A stretch of DNA of 64,000 nucleotides from Eledone cirrhosa (GCA_964016885.1 OZ024742.1:359042001-359106000); one strand, 5' to 3'. Counted from the stretch's first letter, positions 14,466 to 28,744 are shown. A program made the numbers and translations. Notes: generated by a model not told the origin, from the sequence alone.

Positions 14466-15063
14466 TAGTAATACTAATTATTATTATTTTCTGATACAAG
14501 GGCAGTGAATTGGCAGCCTATATTATATGTTTATATGCAATAAACATATTGGTAGCATCACTATGAAAGAAAGAAATGTAATGAAACAATTAGCTCTCTC
14601 TATTTTCCTTTGTAAAGAAGTCACAGGGTGTCAGGAACAATCGAGAATGGCAGACAGCATTGTTTCAAGATTCGTTAAGATTTTATCAGCGACATTCATT
14701 AACCCGGCAATAACATTGAAATAGACTAGATTATGTATAGATTTTGCGCAATGAACATTTGCTAGAGATGCACAGTTTGACTATCCATTGTATTAGATTA
14801 CAATAACATCAGGCAAGATAAGAGTCGCTCTGTAGAATACTGATTTTGCAGGTAAAAACCCTTCAAATGTGAGGTAGGTTTATAACTTTAAATGTTTCAG
14901 TGTACGTTGTTTGAAGGGATATTCTCTACGCAAATGTGTGATATAACTAGTTTCAATTGTGATTGCTGACATACTGGGGTAACAATTCGAGAGATTTAGT
15001 TGGCAAATCTTCGTCAAATCATGGAAATATATATATTTAATACATATTTATATATATACATGG

Positions 15064-15226
<163 letters not shown>

Positions 15227-15953
15227 AGTAATAATTATCGAGAATCGAATTTCAGCTCAGGAATTAACGAAAATCACTTTCGAGTTGTGTAGCAAGCGCT
15301 CGATAATTCATATGAATTAGAGCTTACAACTTACGTTAAAGGCCAAACACACTGAGATGGTGGTTAAACTAATCATCCACACAGCGAAAATTCGATCGCC
15401 TATTTCGGGTCAAACAGATATACAAATATAAAAATATATAAAAATATAAATGGTTGAAAGCTTACCCGGACACCTGGAAAGATGGTAAAATCCAGTTTTT
15501 GGGTTTCTCCGGCTCCATAAGTCATTTACTGTCCACTTACATAAAGGATGTTAGGCTTCTGGTACTATGACTGAACTGGGAGTACGCGTTGTCAACGGGA
15601 TTCAGTTCGAATGTCCACATCGATGGGTCTGTAACCGACCCCACGTGGTGTTCAGCAAGGGAGGCAACACCTATATTAGGCGAATGAATTCAGTTGTGTA
15701 TAATATTGCGAAAATCCAAAATATCACAAATCGAATAAAGCTCTCGACAGAGTGGTTGAATATAACAAAACTATTCCACAGTCAATAGAATAAACCAAAA
15801 ACATTCGATAAAATTAACTGGTCAATAGTTAGACTCTGGAGATTAATACAAGTAAAAATTAACGAGAATCGAATTTCAGCTCAGGAATTAACGAAAATCC
15901 CTTTCGAGTTGTGTGGCAAGCGCTCGATAATTCATATGAATTAGAGCTTACAA

Positions 15954-15957
<4 letters not shown>
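15227..15957. mobile_element. ~730-bp non-coding element with ~107-bp direct terminal repeats, between (CA)n and (TA)n
   Basis: 15227-15333 and 15851-15957 are near-identical (AGTAAtAATTAtCGAGAATCGAATTTCAGCTCAGG...GAGCTTACAACTTA). Confidence 0.75.
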
Positions 15958-16023
<66 letters not shown>

Positions 16024-16154
16024 GATAAATCTACCAAGAGTTTACGGTAGTGTCCAATCCGTATGAAGAACTCAATGTAAACCGGATATCATGGAAAGAA
16101 GAGATGCAATGAAAAATCACTTTCGGTGAAAGATAAACGGAATACAGAGTCAAG

Positions 16155-16681
<527 letters not shown>

Positions 16682-16877
16682 CTATTGTGCTGAAACAGGG
16701 GAGAATTCTAAACATGGGAGTACTCAATGCATGGAGAGATGCAGAGTGGGTAAAGAGATGTGAAAAGGCTTGCTTAACAAACAAGCAGAAACGACTTGGT
16801 GCCGCGGACGGGTTTTTACATATCTCTCTTAATATATAATTATGTATGTTATCTATGTGTCTGTAGTGTATATATAT

Positions 16878-16939
16878 ACGAGGAAGCGTGCGGGATACAT
16901 ACATATATTATATGTATGTATCCCGCACGCTTCCTCGTC
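16878..16939. repeat. Perfect hairpin ACGAGGAAGCGTGCGGGATACATACATATA / TATATGTATGTATCCCGCACGCTTCCTCGT
   Basis: About 30-bp perfect inverted repeat with a TA-rich centre. Confidence 0.85.
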
Positions 16940-17396
16940 GAACTCACTGTTTTTATAAGGACCACAATATCACACACACATATCATATGTCTTTGTATTT
17001 TTCAACAATTTTTTATTTTCCTAAAGTGTCAATATCAACAGCTAAATAAAGCTCCCCCATGAGATTCTCTATTAATATATTTGAAAAAATTGTAATTGCT
17101 TCTTGTGGTAAAATACTCACAATATTAAACAAAATTTAGATTTTCTAACGCTTAATTCTTGTCAAAATCAGACAAGATTCAGGTGCCAAATATTGTTCAG
17201 CAATATATAAGGGTATTGACATATTTCAGACACGTGTGAAACGAAATATAGTATAAACAGAACGAGATTGTTTTCTTTCAACACTTGAAACAATGAAACA
17301 ATTACAGCTAAGATATATTTACAAGTTTAAAAGTTATCAAAGATCTTGATTTTTTAAGGAGCGTCTGGGTAGTATAACCCTCCCCCACACACACTT

Positions 17397-17528
<132 letters not shown>

Positions 17529-18238
17529 GTTATTCCGCGTTGAATCGGAGGTAACCACAGTAAGTAAGGTACTCAATACATAGCAGAGTATAAAAGTTTT
17601 AATATAGATGAGATTCTACAGGACTAGAACTGTTTCATTCATTAGAAATCATCAGGAATCTGGGTATCAAAAAGTAAAAATGGTATTTATAGGTCTCTAC
17701 AAGTGGTAGGAGAGGGTGGGGAGTGGGATGGGTGTAGGTCATTGGTTGATAGAAAAAGGAATTCATTAAAAGCTAATTCTACAAAGCTATAGTTTATTTT
17801 TATTTATTTATGTTTTTAGAGTAACAAGGGCAGACAGAATTCTATAAACAGGTTCCGGATGGCATACCATTCCTTGTCATTAAGTTTCTCTTAAGCAAAC
17901 AGATGTCTATAAGATCAGTGGGGGGTCAGTCATGGTAGATATAATTTAAGGAAAGGGAGATTCTTTAAAAGCTAAAATCATTAAGGTTCTACTAAGTGAC
18001 AAAGGTCTAGAGAATTCTGTAGACAGATTCAAAATACTGAGTGCATATCTTACAATTATCTTCGAACTTCTCTTAAACTAATCAACTATATGCCAAAAAT
18101 CAACAGACACATTCACAAAAAAACATACTCACTCACACACTCACGCGCAACCATAAACACACACACAAACACATATACACACATAAAAACACACACACAT
18201 ATATATAAATATATTCATATACATACATATACATACAC

Positions 18239-18297
<59 letters not shown>

Positions 18298-18475
18298 TAT
18301 ATATACATACACACACACATACATATATATACACTCACACACATATATACACATATAAATACACTCACACACATACATACAAACACAAATATACATGTGT
18401 ATACAAATACACACAAATACATATAGATATATATACATATATATGCACAGATATATACATATATATACACATATA

Positions 18476-18557
<82 letters not shown>

Positions 18558-18698
18558 CACATATATATATACATACACACACACATATATATATATATAA
18601 AAAACACATACACACACATATATACATATACACACACATACACACAAACACACACACACATATATATACACATATACATATATATATATATATATTCT

Positions 18699-18800
<102 letters not shown>

Positions 18801-18847
18801 AACAAATATATACACATACAAACACACACACACACATACATACACAT

Positions 18848-18892
<45 letters not shown>

Positions 18893-18919
18893 TATACACA
18901 TATAAAAGGAAAAAGCACC

Positions 18920-18952
<33 letters not shown>

Positions 18953-18959
18953 CACATAC

Positions 18960-19018
<59 letters not shown>

Positions 19019-19144
19019 CACCATTCATACATATATTCATATATATATACACATACACACATATATACACATATGATGGCTGCCCCCTCGTTATCGAGTA
19101 TGGCCATTGCACAATAAAAAAAAAAAAATAAAAATAAAAAAAAA

Positions 19145-19222
<78 letters not shown>

Positions 19223-19247
19223 AAATAAAAAAAAAAAAAAAAAAAAG

Positions 19248-19280
<33 letters not shown>

Positions 19281-19402
19281 TATACATATATATATATATA
19301 CACATACATATACACACACACATACATACACATACATACATATATACACACACACATACATACACATACACTCACACATATATACACACATACATTAATA
19401 AC

Positions 19403-19445
<43 letters not shown>

Positions 19446-19524
19446 GCAATAATAATAATAACGACAACAACAATAATAATATACATATTCATATATATAT
19501 ACACACACACGCACGCACATAAGC

Positions 19525-19570
<46 letters not shown>

Positions 19571-19578
19571 GATAGCAA

Positions 19579-22500
19579 CTAACAGTGCTGCGATCGAATG
19601 TGGCTTTTTAGCCCAGCCAATGATCCAAAATGTCTTGCACAGAGTCGGCAACCAAAACATTTACTGGGAATAGTCGGCTGTGGTTGGAGTTCGTGTACTT
19701 TTGCATGTCGCTTGAGTCCTCCTGCTGATTTACATTCTCTACCACATGTTTGGCAAGCATGATGAGTAGCATCTCCAACAGCAGCCTGGTAGTCAACCAC
19801 TGGTCTTACTTTATGACTGCGAAGATGACTTTCGAGTCCAGCTTTGCTTAGGCAGAGTCTCGCACAGACGCTGCATGTCAGAAACATAGGAGGACCCTCG
19901 CCGTCTGGAAGTGCAACAGCAATACCCTTCCTCACGTCCCGCTTTACTTTCTCGTGTGCGATTCGAGATGCCTCAAAGGCAACTTTTCCCTCATATACAG
20001 TCTTTCTCCATTTATTACGATCAGCAGCAATATTTTCCCATGTATCAGCAGAGATGTTAGCGTCTTTCAGAGAGGCCTTCAAGGAATCCTTATACCTCTT
20101 TTTTGGTTTATGTGGCGGTCGTTTTCCTTTAACCAACTCTCCATAGAAGAGTTGTTTTGGTATTCTAGAATCCTTCATCCTGGCAAGGTGACCACTCCAA
20201 CGGAGTCGCTGCTTAAGCACAAGAGCTTCTATACTGTCACACATAGAGCTTTCCAAAATCTCGACATCACTGATGTGGTCCCTCCAGCGAACGCCATGTA
20301 TCCGTCTGAGACACATCTGATGGAAACGCTCCAATTGCTTAAGGTGGCGTCGATATGTGACCCAGGTCTCGCAGGCATAAAGAAGACAAGAGAGTACACA
20401 TGCCCTGTACACCCTTACCTTTGTCCTCCTGCATATGTCTCGCCGACCCCAGAGTCGCCTTTCTAGCTTTCCGAAAGCATCACTTGCTTTCCTAATCCTA
20501 AGTGAGATTTCACTGTCAAGGTTGCCGTATCGATTGACAGTGCTTCCCAGGTAGACAAACTGATCAACCACTCCAAGTCGTTTGCCATACACATAGATGT
20601 TTGGTTCAGTGTACTGCCTACCAGGTGCAGGTTGGTACATGACGACGGTTTTCTTGAGACTGACAGTCAAACCCAGGGCAGTGCAAGCGTCAGAAAATAC
20701 ATTCAAAATGTGCTGCATATCACTCTCTGTGTGCGCTACAAGATCGCAATCATCTGCATACAAGAGGTCTCTTATGACTGATGTAAATACTTTTGTCTTC
20801 GCAGCAAAGCGCCTGATGTTAAATATGCTGCCTGAGGTTCGATATCGGATGTAAACACCATGCTCGCAATTCCTGAATGCAACACAGAAAACCATTGCAA
20901 AGTATATGGCAAACAGGGTCGGTGCTGGAATATCCCCCTGTTTCACTCCATTTTTTACTGAGATAGGCTCCGACATGTTACCTCCGACATTAACCCAAGC
21001 CTTCATGTCGTCATGGAAAGACCTAACTAAAGCAAGGAACTTATCAGGGCAACCAAGTTTCTGGAGAACCTTCCATAATGCATCTCTGTTGACAGTATCG
21101 AAAGCCTTTGTCAGATCGACAAAAACCTGATACAGATCCAAGCCCTGTTCAATGCACTTCTCCTGGAGCTGTCTAGCTGAGAAGATCATATCAGTAGTGC
21201 CGCGTCCAACACGAAAACCAGATTGACTTTCAGGAAGGACACAATCTGCAATGTGTGTCAGCAGACGGTCCAGAAGCACCCTACATAAAACTTTCCCCAC
21301 GACAGAAAGCAATGATATACCTCTGTAGTTCCCACAATCATTCCTGTTACCCTTTCCCTTGTACAAGACCACCATTACTGCATCTCTCCAGTCCTCAGGC
21401 ACGGATTCATTAGCCCATATCCTTCCAAACAGAGAGTGAAGATGTTGCAGGAGTCTCTCACCACCATATTGTAGGAGCTCAGCATGTATGCCATCCATAC
21501 CTGGAGATCTTCCACTGTTCAGCTTCGAAATAGCCACTGCAACCTCCACAAGTGTCGGAGGCTCTGCGAGAGCTACTTTCACAGGACTTTCCGGAATGAG
21601 ATTGAGGAAATCTTCACTGACGACAGACGGCTGATTCAAAAGATCATCAAAGTGCTCTCGCCACCTTCGCAGAATTCCCTGTGAGTCACGAAGAAGTTCT
21701 TTGCCATCCCTGCTGCGAATCGGTGTCACCAGAGAAGAAGACGGTCCATAAACCTCACGCAAGAGACTGTACAACAGCTTTGTGTTATTGCAATCAGACG
21801 CAGTTTGTATCTCACCAGCCTTCTCACTCCACCACTGATCCTTCATCTGAGAAAGACTCCGCCTAACACGTGATTTTACATCCCTGAGCTCCTCATGCAA
21901 CGTATTCCTCTCCTGTGGTCTTGCCGTCAAGTAGCGTGACAGAGCGCGCCTCTTATCAGCCAACAAGTCATCTATATGCACATCTTTCTCATTAAACCAG
22001 TCCTGATGTTTTCTCTGCACCAATCCCAGAACACGTCTGCCTACATCATAAACCGACTTTTTAAGGGTCGGCCAGTCCTCACCAAGATCTGCAGCCTGCA
22101 TCTCTTCTTCCAATGTCCTCTTCACATTTTTATCCTTAAGACGAGCAGCATTCAATCTTTTGGGCAGGGTAACACCAGGAGCCCGGATTTTACGTTTGGT
22201 GATTAGATTCACTTTTGCGCGTACCAGGCGGTGGTCCGTCCAGCACTCAGCTCCACGAAGAACACGAACACACCGCACATCCTGTCTGTCACGCATCCTG
22301 ACTAGGACGTAGTCCAAAAGATGCCATTCCTTAGATGCAGGATGCATCCATGTGGTCTTGAATTTGTTCTTTTGTTGGAACATGGTGTTGGTAACACACA
22401 GATCCAGCTCCTCACACATCTGCAGCAAGAGCATACCATTGCTGTTACACTTTCCCACCCCATGCCTTCCGATTACATTCCATGTGTTAAAATCCCTACC

Positions 22501-23132
22501 CACTCTAGCATTAAAGTCACCAAGCACGATGACTTTGTCTGCCTGGGGGATATTTCTTAAAACACCTTTCAAGGCATGGTAAAAGGACAGTTTTTCTTCA
22601 TCGACAGAATTCATAGTTGGAGCATACACACTCACCAGGGTAGCATATCTTCCCTTGTCCAGCGGAACTCTCATGGACATAAGACGCTCACTAATCCCCA
22701 CTGGGAATTCTTCTAATTTATTCACCAGTACAGTCTTAACAGCAAATCCTACCCCAGCCTCTCTTCTGGTTCCTTCATCTCTTCCTTTCCAGAAGAATGT
22801 ATATTCTCCACAAAATTCCGTAAGATGACCATCTCCAGCTAACCTCGTCTCAGACAAAGCCACGATGTCAAGATCGTAACGTCGAAGCTCCTTCGCAACA
22901 AGAGCGGTCCTTCGTTCAGGACGCTCCAAAGAATCCCTGTCAAGCAGCGTCCGTACGTTCCAGCAGCCAAGACTAAATGCCCTGTTTGGCTCTATTACAA
23001 TGGCACGATGACGGGCGGGCCCAGGTTGTGATAACTTGGGGCCCCTGCCCTTATTGCCAATGATCTTTTTTTTTTTTTTGTTCCAGAACCCAAATTGGCA
23101 ATTATCTCGTTTACATTGTTCTGGAACATCAT
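19579..23132 (-). CDS. RTE LINE polyprotein: AP-endonuclease, reverse transcriptase, three C-terminal C2H2 fingers
   Basis: Uninterrupted ~1180-codon frame. EN motifs WNVRTL, ALSETR, SVYAPT, GDFNARVG, LDYVLV, TDH; RT motifs YRGISLL, QSGFR, FVDLTKAFD, GVKQG, YADD, YLG; fingers CSVC..H..H, CQTC..H..H, CRLC..H..H. The track start at 23214 (poly-Y/F) is microsatellite; the true start is uncertain. Confidence 0.95.
22995..23132 (-). CDS. 45-aa AUG-initiated uORF overlapping the RTE ORF in the +1 frame
   Basis: ATG ATG TTC CAG...CCA TTG TAA = MMFQNNVNEIIANLGSGTKKKKRSLAIRAGAPSYHNLGPPVIVPL. The main ORF has no AUG before the EN domain. Confidence 0.55.
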   Translation of the reverse strand: MMFQNNVNEIIANLGSGTKKKKRSLAIRAGAPSYHNLGPPVIVPL

Positions 23133-23175
23133 TGAATTGGGAAAAAAAAAAAAAAAAAAAAAAAAAGTAATAATA

Positions 23176-23212
<37 letters not shown>

Positions 23213-23772
23213 ACTATTAATAATTATTAATGCACTCGTGCAATGCCTGTGCGTGACGAATATTTTTAAAGTGAGGAAAGACTGTGCACTGAACCAATCC
23301 CACTCTCTGAGCGACAGTAGCTATAACCCGAAAAGAAGAAAAGATCAACATCATCGGTAACTACTGAGCCGCAGGTTTTATATCGGAGTTAACCCAGTTT
23401 CCTGAGATGCCTTCTCCTAGAAGAATACCCTGACATGGGCTAGGGGTTCTTCACTCCCAGTGGTTTAACTGCGCGATCGGGCATCCAGCCCGATTATTTC
23501 TATGTCCCCGCGCAAAAAAAAAAAAAAAAAAAAAAAAATTACTTATTGACACTTATACGTACGACATACACACACACGCATACATATGCGTGCACACAGC
23601 AACACTCACACATACAACAAACACACACACACGCTACTCTACTCACTTACACGCACACACACACATATATATATATATATATTACCGTCATTACTGATAC
23701 AAGATTACCAGATTATGTCATATTGACATAATATACACATATACACATATATATACACACACATATATACAC

Positions 23773-23823
<51 letters not shown>

Positions 23824-24116
23824 TATACATACACATATACACACACACATACACATACATACATATATACACAAATACATACACACATATATACACACAC
23901 ACACATATATATATATATATACATACATACACATACATACATATATATATATACATAAATATATACGTAAATAAATAAAAATAAACTATAGCTTTGTAGA
24001 ATTAGCTTTTAATGAATTCCCTTTTCTATCAACCAATGACCTACACCCATCCCACTCCCCACCCTCTCCTACCACTTGTAGAGACCTATAAATACGATTT
24101 TTATTTTTTGATACCC

Positions 24117-24167
24117 AGATTCCTGATGATTTCTAATGAATGAAACAGTTCTAGTCCTGTAGAATCT
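24117..24167 (+). ncRNA. Type I hammerhead (identical mirror copy 17611-17661, minus)
   Basis: AGATTC-CTGATGA-tttctaatgaat-GAAA-CAG-ttctagtc-CTG-TA-GAATCT. Stem I 6 bp, stem III ACAG/CTGT, GUA site, short stem II. Confidence 0.85.
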
Positions 24168-24179
24168 CATCTATATTAA

Positions 24180-24210
<31 letters not shown>

Positions 24211-24217
<7 letters not shown>

Positions 24218-24497
24218 GATATTAATAAATGGAAACTATATTTATAAAACCATATTTATTTCATTATACATATTAAGCTTTGACGTACCCTATTAAAATG
24301 CAACCATTATTTTTGGAAGCCATCCGAAAATAATGGTTGCATTTTAATAGGGTACGTCAAAGCTTATTTGTAAAACTGTTATATATTGTATTTTGTCTAA
24401 AGAAGGCATACCATAATTTAATTTGGCATCCCTGAAATATGTATAATGAAATAAATATGGTTTTATAAATATAGTTTCCATTTATTAATATCGTATA
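24211..24497. mobile_element. Nested fold-back element with degenerate HHR (24391-24451, plus)
   Basis: Outer arms 24211-24272 / 24436-24497, inner hairpin 24273-24366. TTTTGT-CTAAAGA-AGG...CCT-GAAA-TATGTA-TA-ATGAAA (core G5 mutated). Confidence 0.65.
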
Positions 24498-24609
24498 TCT
24501 ACTCCAAATACTTGTCGAGTGCTTTATATCAGTTATAAAAATATTTACTTGTTGTATCCCAACAATTTTAAATAGAACTTTTGCATATATATATATATAT
24601 ATATATATA

Positions 24610-24740
24610 GCGAAGGAAGCGTGGTAAGGAACCAGGTGGACCATAACGCACCAGAGTACTCAATACTTAGGGTAGTTTCTGGACAGAAATAGCCGTCGAA
24701 ACAGCTTGAGCTCTGCCGTCGGGGTCTTGAACATTTTCCT
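24610..24740. mobile_element. ~135-bp (TA)n-inserted repeat family (copies 24610-24740, 31603-31758, 32345-32479; related inverted fragment 24765-24836)
   Basis: Shared GAAGGAAGYGTGGTAAGRAACCA...CCATAACGCAYCAGAGTACTC...GTCGAAAC...GCCGTCGGGGTC; all copies bounded by (TA)n. Confidence 0.8.
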
Positions 24741-24833
24741 ATATAAATATATATATATTATAACGAGTCGGGACCCCGACGATGAAGCTCTTGCCGTTTC
24801 AATAGCTAGTGTCTGGAACTGAATCCATCCTGA

Positions 24834-24871
<38 letters not shown>

Positions 24872-24941
24872 TCAGGATGGATATATATATATGTGTGTGT
24901 GTGTGTGTGTATGTGTGTGTGTGTGTCTGTGTATCACCCTA

Positions 24942-24985
<44 letters not shown>

Positions 24986-25153
24986 GGAATTTATATCTAG
25001 TAACATTTATATACACACAGATGCATATCAATGCTAGCAAATATATAGGTTTTGTCTTATTAACAATGTGGTTCAATGCATGGGGTTGCAGAACAATAAT
25101 ATGAGAGACGTAAAATAAGAAAATTATAAAATTAACTTACTTACTAAAAAATC

Positions 25154-25236
25154 ACTTCCAACTAATTAGTTTCTGGAATGGAGTAAATATATTTTCCGAA
25201 GAAACATATAGAAAATCATTCCGTCATCAGGAAAGT
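25154..25236 (-). ncRNA. Type I hammerhead, family shared with 33824-33906
   Basis: Minus strand: ACTTTC-CTGATGA-cGGAATG...CATTCCa-GAAAC-TAATTA-GTT-GGAAGT; palindromic stem III ACTAATTAGT. Confidence 0.8.
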
Positions 25237-25364
25237 CTTTTTCCGTATATATATATATTATTCAAGTGAAGAATGTTGGTTGATCAAATAATCCACCAAC
25301 TTTAGTCGAACACTTTTGTGATCCTTAAAATATTATCAATAAGATATCAACTGGAATGACAATT

Positions 25365-25670
25365 CTATAAAGAACAGAGACGGTTTTAAATGTACATTCT
25401 CTGTTTATTATATAATCCTGTTATACATATTTTAAAGACATCAAAGTGATTGCTTAATAACCCTTTGACGTGTTCTCTTCAGACAAGTGCAAAATTGTAA
25501 TGGTTCTGTTTGTGATATGCTATTGTAGTTGGGAGTGTGTTGGTAGTAGTCTCCTCCAGAAGAGAACACGGCAAAAGGTTCTTATGCAATCACTTTGACG
25601 ACTTTGAAATACGTATAACTGGATTATATAATAAACAGGGAATGTACATTTAAAACCGACGCAGTTCTTT

Positions 25671-25674
<4 letters not shown>
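25365..25674. mobile_element. Diverged fold-back with a degenerate HHR in each arm (25417-25487 minus; ~25551-25622 plus)
   Basis: Minus: CTTGT-CTGAAGA-gaacACGTCAAAG...CTTTGATGT..-aAAA-TATGTA-TA-ACAGG. Plus arm has CAGAAGA...GAAA-TACGTA-TA. Each arm retains the core element the other lost. Confidence 0.65.
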
Positions 25675-25751
<77 letters not shown>

Positions 25752-25754
<3 letters not shown>

Positions 25755-26022
25755 AGGCCTCCAGTCAATCCGATTAACGTGCAAGTAGTTGTGCATTACA
25801 CACGTACCTTTAACGTAGTTCTCACGAAGATTCAGTGTGACACACAATGTGAGAAAGCTGGCCATTCAAATTACAGATACAATTTATTTTTGACAGGTGA
25901 GTGACTTGGAGCAACCTAGAATGAAGTATCTTGCTCAAGGGTACAACGCGCCGCCTGGAATCGAACTCATGACTTTACGATTGTGAGTCGAATACCTTAA
26001 CCACAAAGACAAGCCCCTTCAC
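25752..26022 (-). mobile_element. tRNA-derived SINE (CORE-like type)
   Basis: Reverse of GTGGTTAAGG...GAGTTCGATTCC...CCTTGAGCAAGATAC plus a 3' body also seen at 9490-9603. Confidence 0.8.
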
Positions 26023-28299
26023 CGAGACATGTAGTATTCTTCGATTAATTGTAGGAATGTGATTTGTTGCCTTCGCTTTCGTATTCTACTTTGTAATGTT
26101 GACTTCATCCGATTCACTTATTTGCATCTCGAACGCTAAGATTGATATATACATTCAGTGTATTTTATACCTTTTGATGATCTACTGTGAGTCAGCTACT
26201 TCTTACAACAATTTCTATCTTGTGTTACCTTAAAACTGCTTCCTTTGCAAGTATGTAGAGAAAAGGTATGTATTGACTGATGACTACAAATTTTCTACAG
26301 CAACAAATTTCCATCACTCTTTTAGATGAAATAATTATACTTTATTTATAATGTCCGTGAGAAATATGGTTTCAAGTTTACTGAATGGAGAATTTACTTA
26401 CTAAAATCACTTATAGATATTTCTCACGGACATTATAAATAAAGTATAATTATTTCATCATCGTTTTTACCTCAGGATATATTTTATAAACGTATTATTA
26501 ACAAATGTCACTTCAATTTCATGACATTCTGTTGCATAGAAAACCATATTGTTTCAGTTAAGCTTGAAGATATCTTTTTTTAATTTATATCAAGTGTTTC
26601 AGGAGAATTTCCAGGTAGCACAGAGCTGGTGTCGTTGTCTTAATGTCATCTTTTTAATGTATCCTCCAAATTTCATCATGCACAACTAATATAAATATAA
26701 AGTTGAAAGTTATATCTATAGAAATAAGAAAAAATCCATTAAGATAAGATTTTTAAAAAGGAGCATGAACTATCAGTGTTTTCCTTTCATCAATATCATA
26801 CTATACATTTAAATCTTCATTTAAAAATATGAAAGTTGATATATATATATATATATATATTATGTGGGAGGAAAGTTTACCCTCACAGTTGAAACAAAAT
26901 CAGTGTTTAAAAAAACAACCGCTTCGCAAAATATTCAAATGTATTTTAACAAAATTGTAAATAGACGTGATGAAAATGTTTCGCAGAAGAATTTATCAAA
27001 ACTAGAATTAACTATTTTAATCAAATTCTTCCATTATCTTGCAAAGCTGACATTTCTACATCAATGTTATCTGATATCAAATCTGAAAATGTTATGAGCA
27101 GACGATGCATGTAATTCTGACAGATTACTACAAAACACTACTTAATCGATTATATAATATACAAACACATTCTTAATCAATTCTGAATATGTTTTAACTT
27201 ATATAAATAGTATACTTGTTACCTAATATAAACGAAACCATTAGAGATCATAGCGTATATTTTAAACATTGAAAATCATGTTTGTCTAACGATCCACTGA
27301 CAATTCATTACTTTGCGAAATGTGAGATATTTACCGTTACGAATCACTTTTTAAATGTTTTATTTTTTTTTGTTTCTTTTTCTCTGCAAATTTAAATGTG
27401 AGCGTAAATAAACCATATTTCAAATCAGATTTGATTGCATTGTGTTCGCATACACATCACTACCAACACACACACACAGACACACATATCCACACATCCC
27501 CCACACATATCTACCCTTCATATGATATCATATTAGAATACATTACATTTACTCTATCTTCTACTGCTATAAAATATTGTATTTCCTTTCGACTTTTTGA
27601 AATTTCCATGTGTAATGTGTATTTTCAAAAATATATATTTGATTCAGTTTGCCTACCTTGTTGAATGTTGTTTATAAGAAGTGTCTCAGTTGCTAGATCT
27701 ATCCATAGTTGATATTACATCAGTCTAACATTCTTTTTCGTGAAAACATTTATTTTTCTCAAATTTCTAAAAGTTTCAATTTAAGTTAGATTTTTCCTGT
27801 CGGTGATTTGTTCATTTAAACTCGTTTCGATATTTGTTCCGAGTATCATCATAATTTTCTATGTTCTTGGGAATTATAGATTTGTATATATTAACAATAG
27901 AACCGATTGAAAATCTTCTACAGAGAGTAATGTACATTAAATAAAAATGCGATGTTATTTCATACTTATAATGTAGTGCGTTGAAACAACCATTTACTGA
28001 GTTTATCCAATTTGTAGACAAACAAAACCCTGTTGGGTTTGATTAAAACCTAAAAGCATGTTTATCCTTGATTGACCAACAGTTAAAAATATAAATATGA
28101 ATGTAATTTCTCAAAGTTCTTTTGTCACACATCTTTCTGGGACATCTTCAGTGATATTCAGTAACATTGATTGCTAGCTAAATTATTTATAAAAAATATA
28201 AAAATATACTGAATCGAAAACCAAACCAAATAGTGAGTGTGTTTGAGTATTTTTTGGCAATATTAGGATAACATAAGGTCGATCGACTTTCGTCAAATC

Positions 28300-28495
28300 G
28301 GCCCTAGGAAACAATGTTTTCATCGGTCTTTCCAGTTGCTAATATTATCTATCGGTCGCAACTCCAGGTAGAAGGAGCAACGTGAAATAGAGTGTCTTGC
28401 TCAAAGACATAACGCATCGCCCGGTCCAGGAATCGAACTCACAATCTCAAGATTGTGAATCCAATTCTCTAACCACTCAGCCACACGCCTTCACC
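28300..28495 (-). mobile_element. tRNA-derived SINE (CORE-like type)
   Basis: Reverse of GGCGTGTGGCTGAGTGGTTAG...GAGTTCGATTCC...CTTTGAGCAAGACAC. Confidence 0.8.
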
Positions 28496-28744
28496 AGGAC
28501 AACATGACCCTCCCCAAATACATCAATATCTGTTTCAACACAGGATTTCATATCAAAACCTTGCCAAACAAATAAATGTCACCATATGCTAACATCATAA
28601 ACGGCATCAACTACATCAGAATTAATACTGCAAGATAAACGTGCCGAAATCGGATAAGATTTTCGATCAGAATACAATTTAGTAATTGGAAAGGTTCGAT
28701 AGAAGATAGGAAATTTGCAGACGGCAAATACCTTACGAAAGATG

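Larger units (their letters stand above)
19074..23513 (-). mobile_element. Apparently full-length RTE-clade LINE with microsatellite-expanded UTRs
   Basis: 5' UTR-like block 23232-23513 (GAGAGTGGGATTGG...), single APE-RT ORF, RTE-type 3' end GGCCATACTCGATAACGAGGGGGCAGCCATCAT at 19074-19112. Confidence 0.8.

Noticed and set aside
14600-14860. Possible host exon (also 38990-39400)
   Set aside because: Complex sequence, but no long open frame or recognisable peptide.
23133-23214. Poly-Y/poly-F N-terminus of the 1211-aa ORF
   Set aside because: Derived from (TAT)n and T-runs behind a GTG start; not a plausible protein start.
23440-23513. HDV-like ribozyme at the RTE 5' end
   Set aside because: A GCGCG...CGCGC stem with an inner ATCGGGC/GCCCGAT hairpin is present, but I could not assign P2/P3/P1.1 or the catalytic C.
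28100-28155. HHR on the minus strand (CTGAAGA-TGTC...GACA-AAA)
   Set aside because: GAAA, stem III and stem I cannot be completed. The same applies to the isolated CTGAnGA at 26278, 29092, 39198 and 62355.
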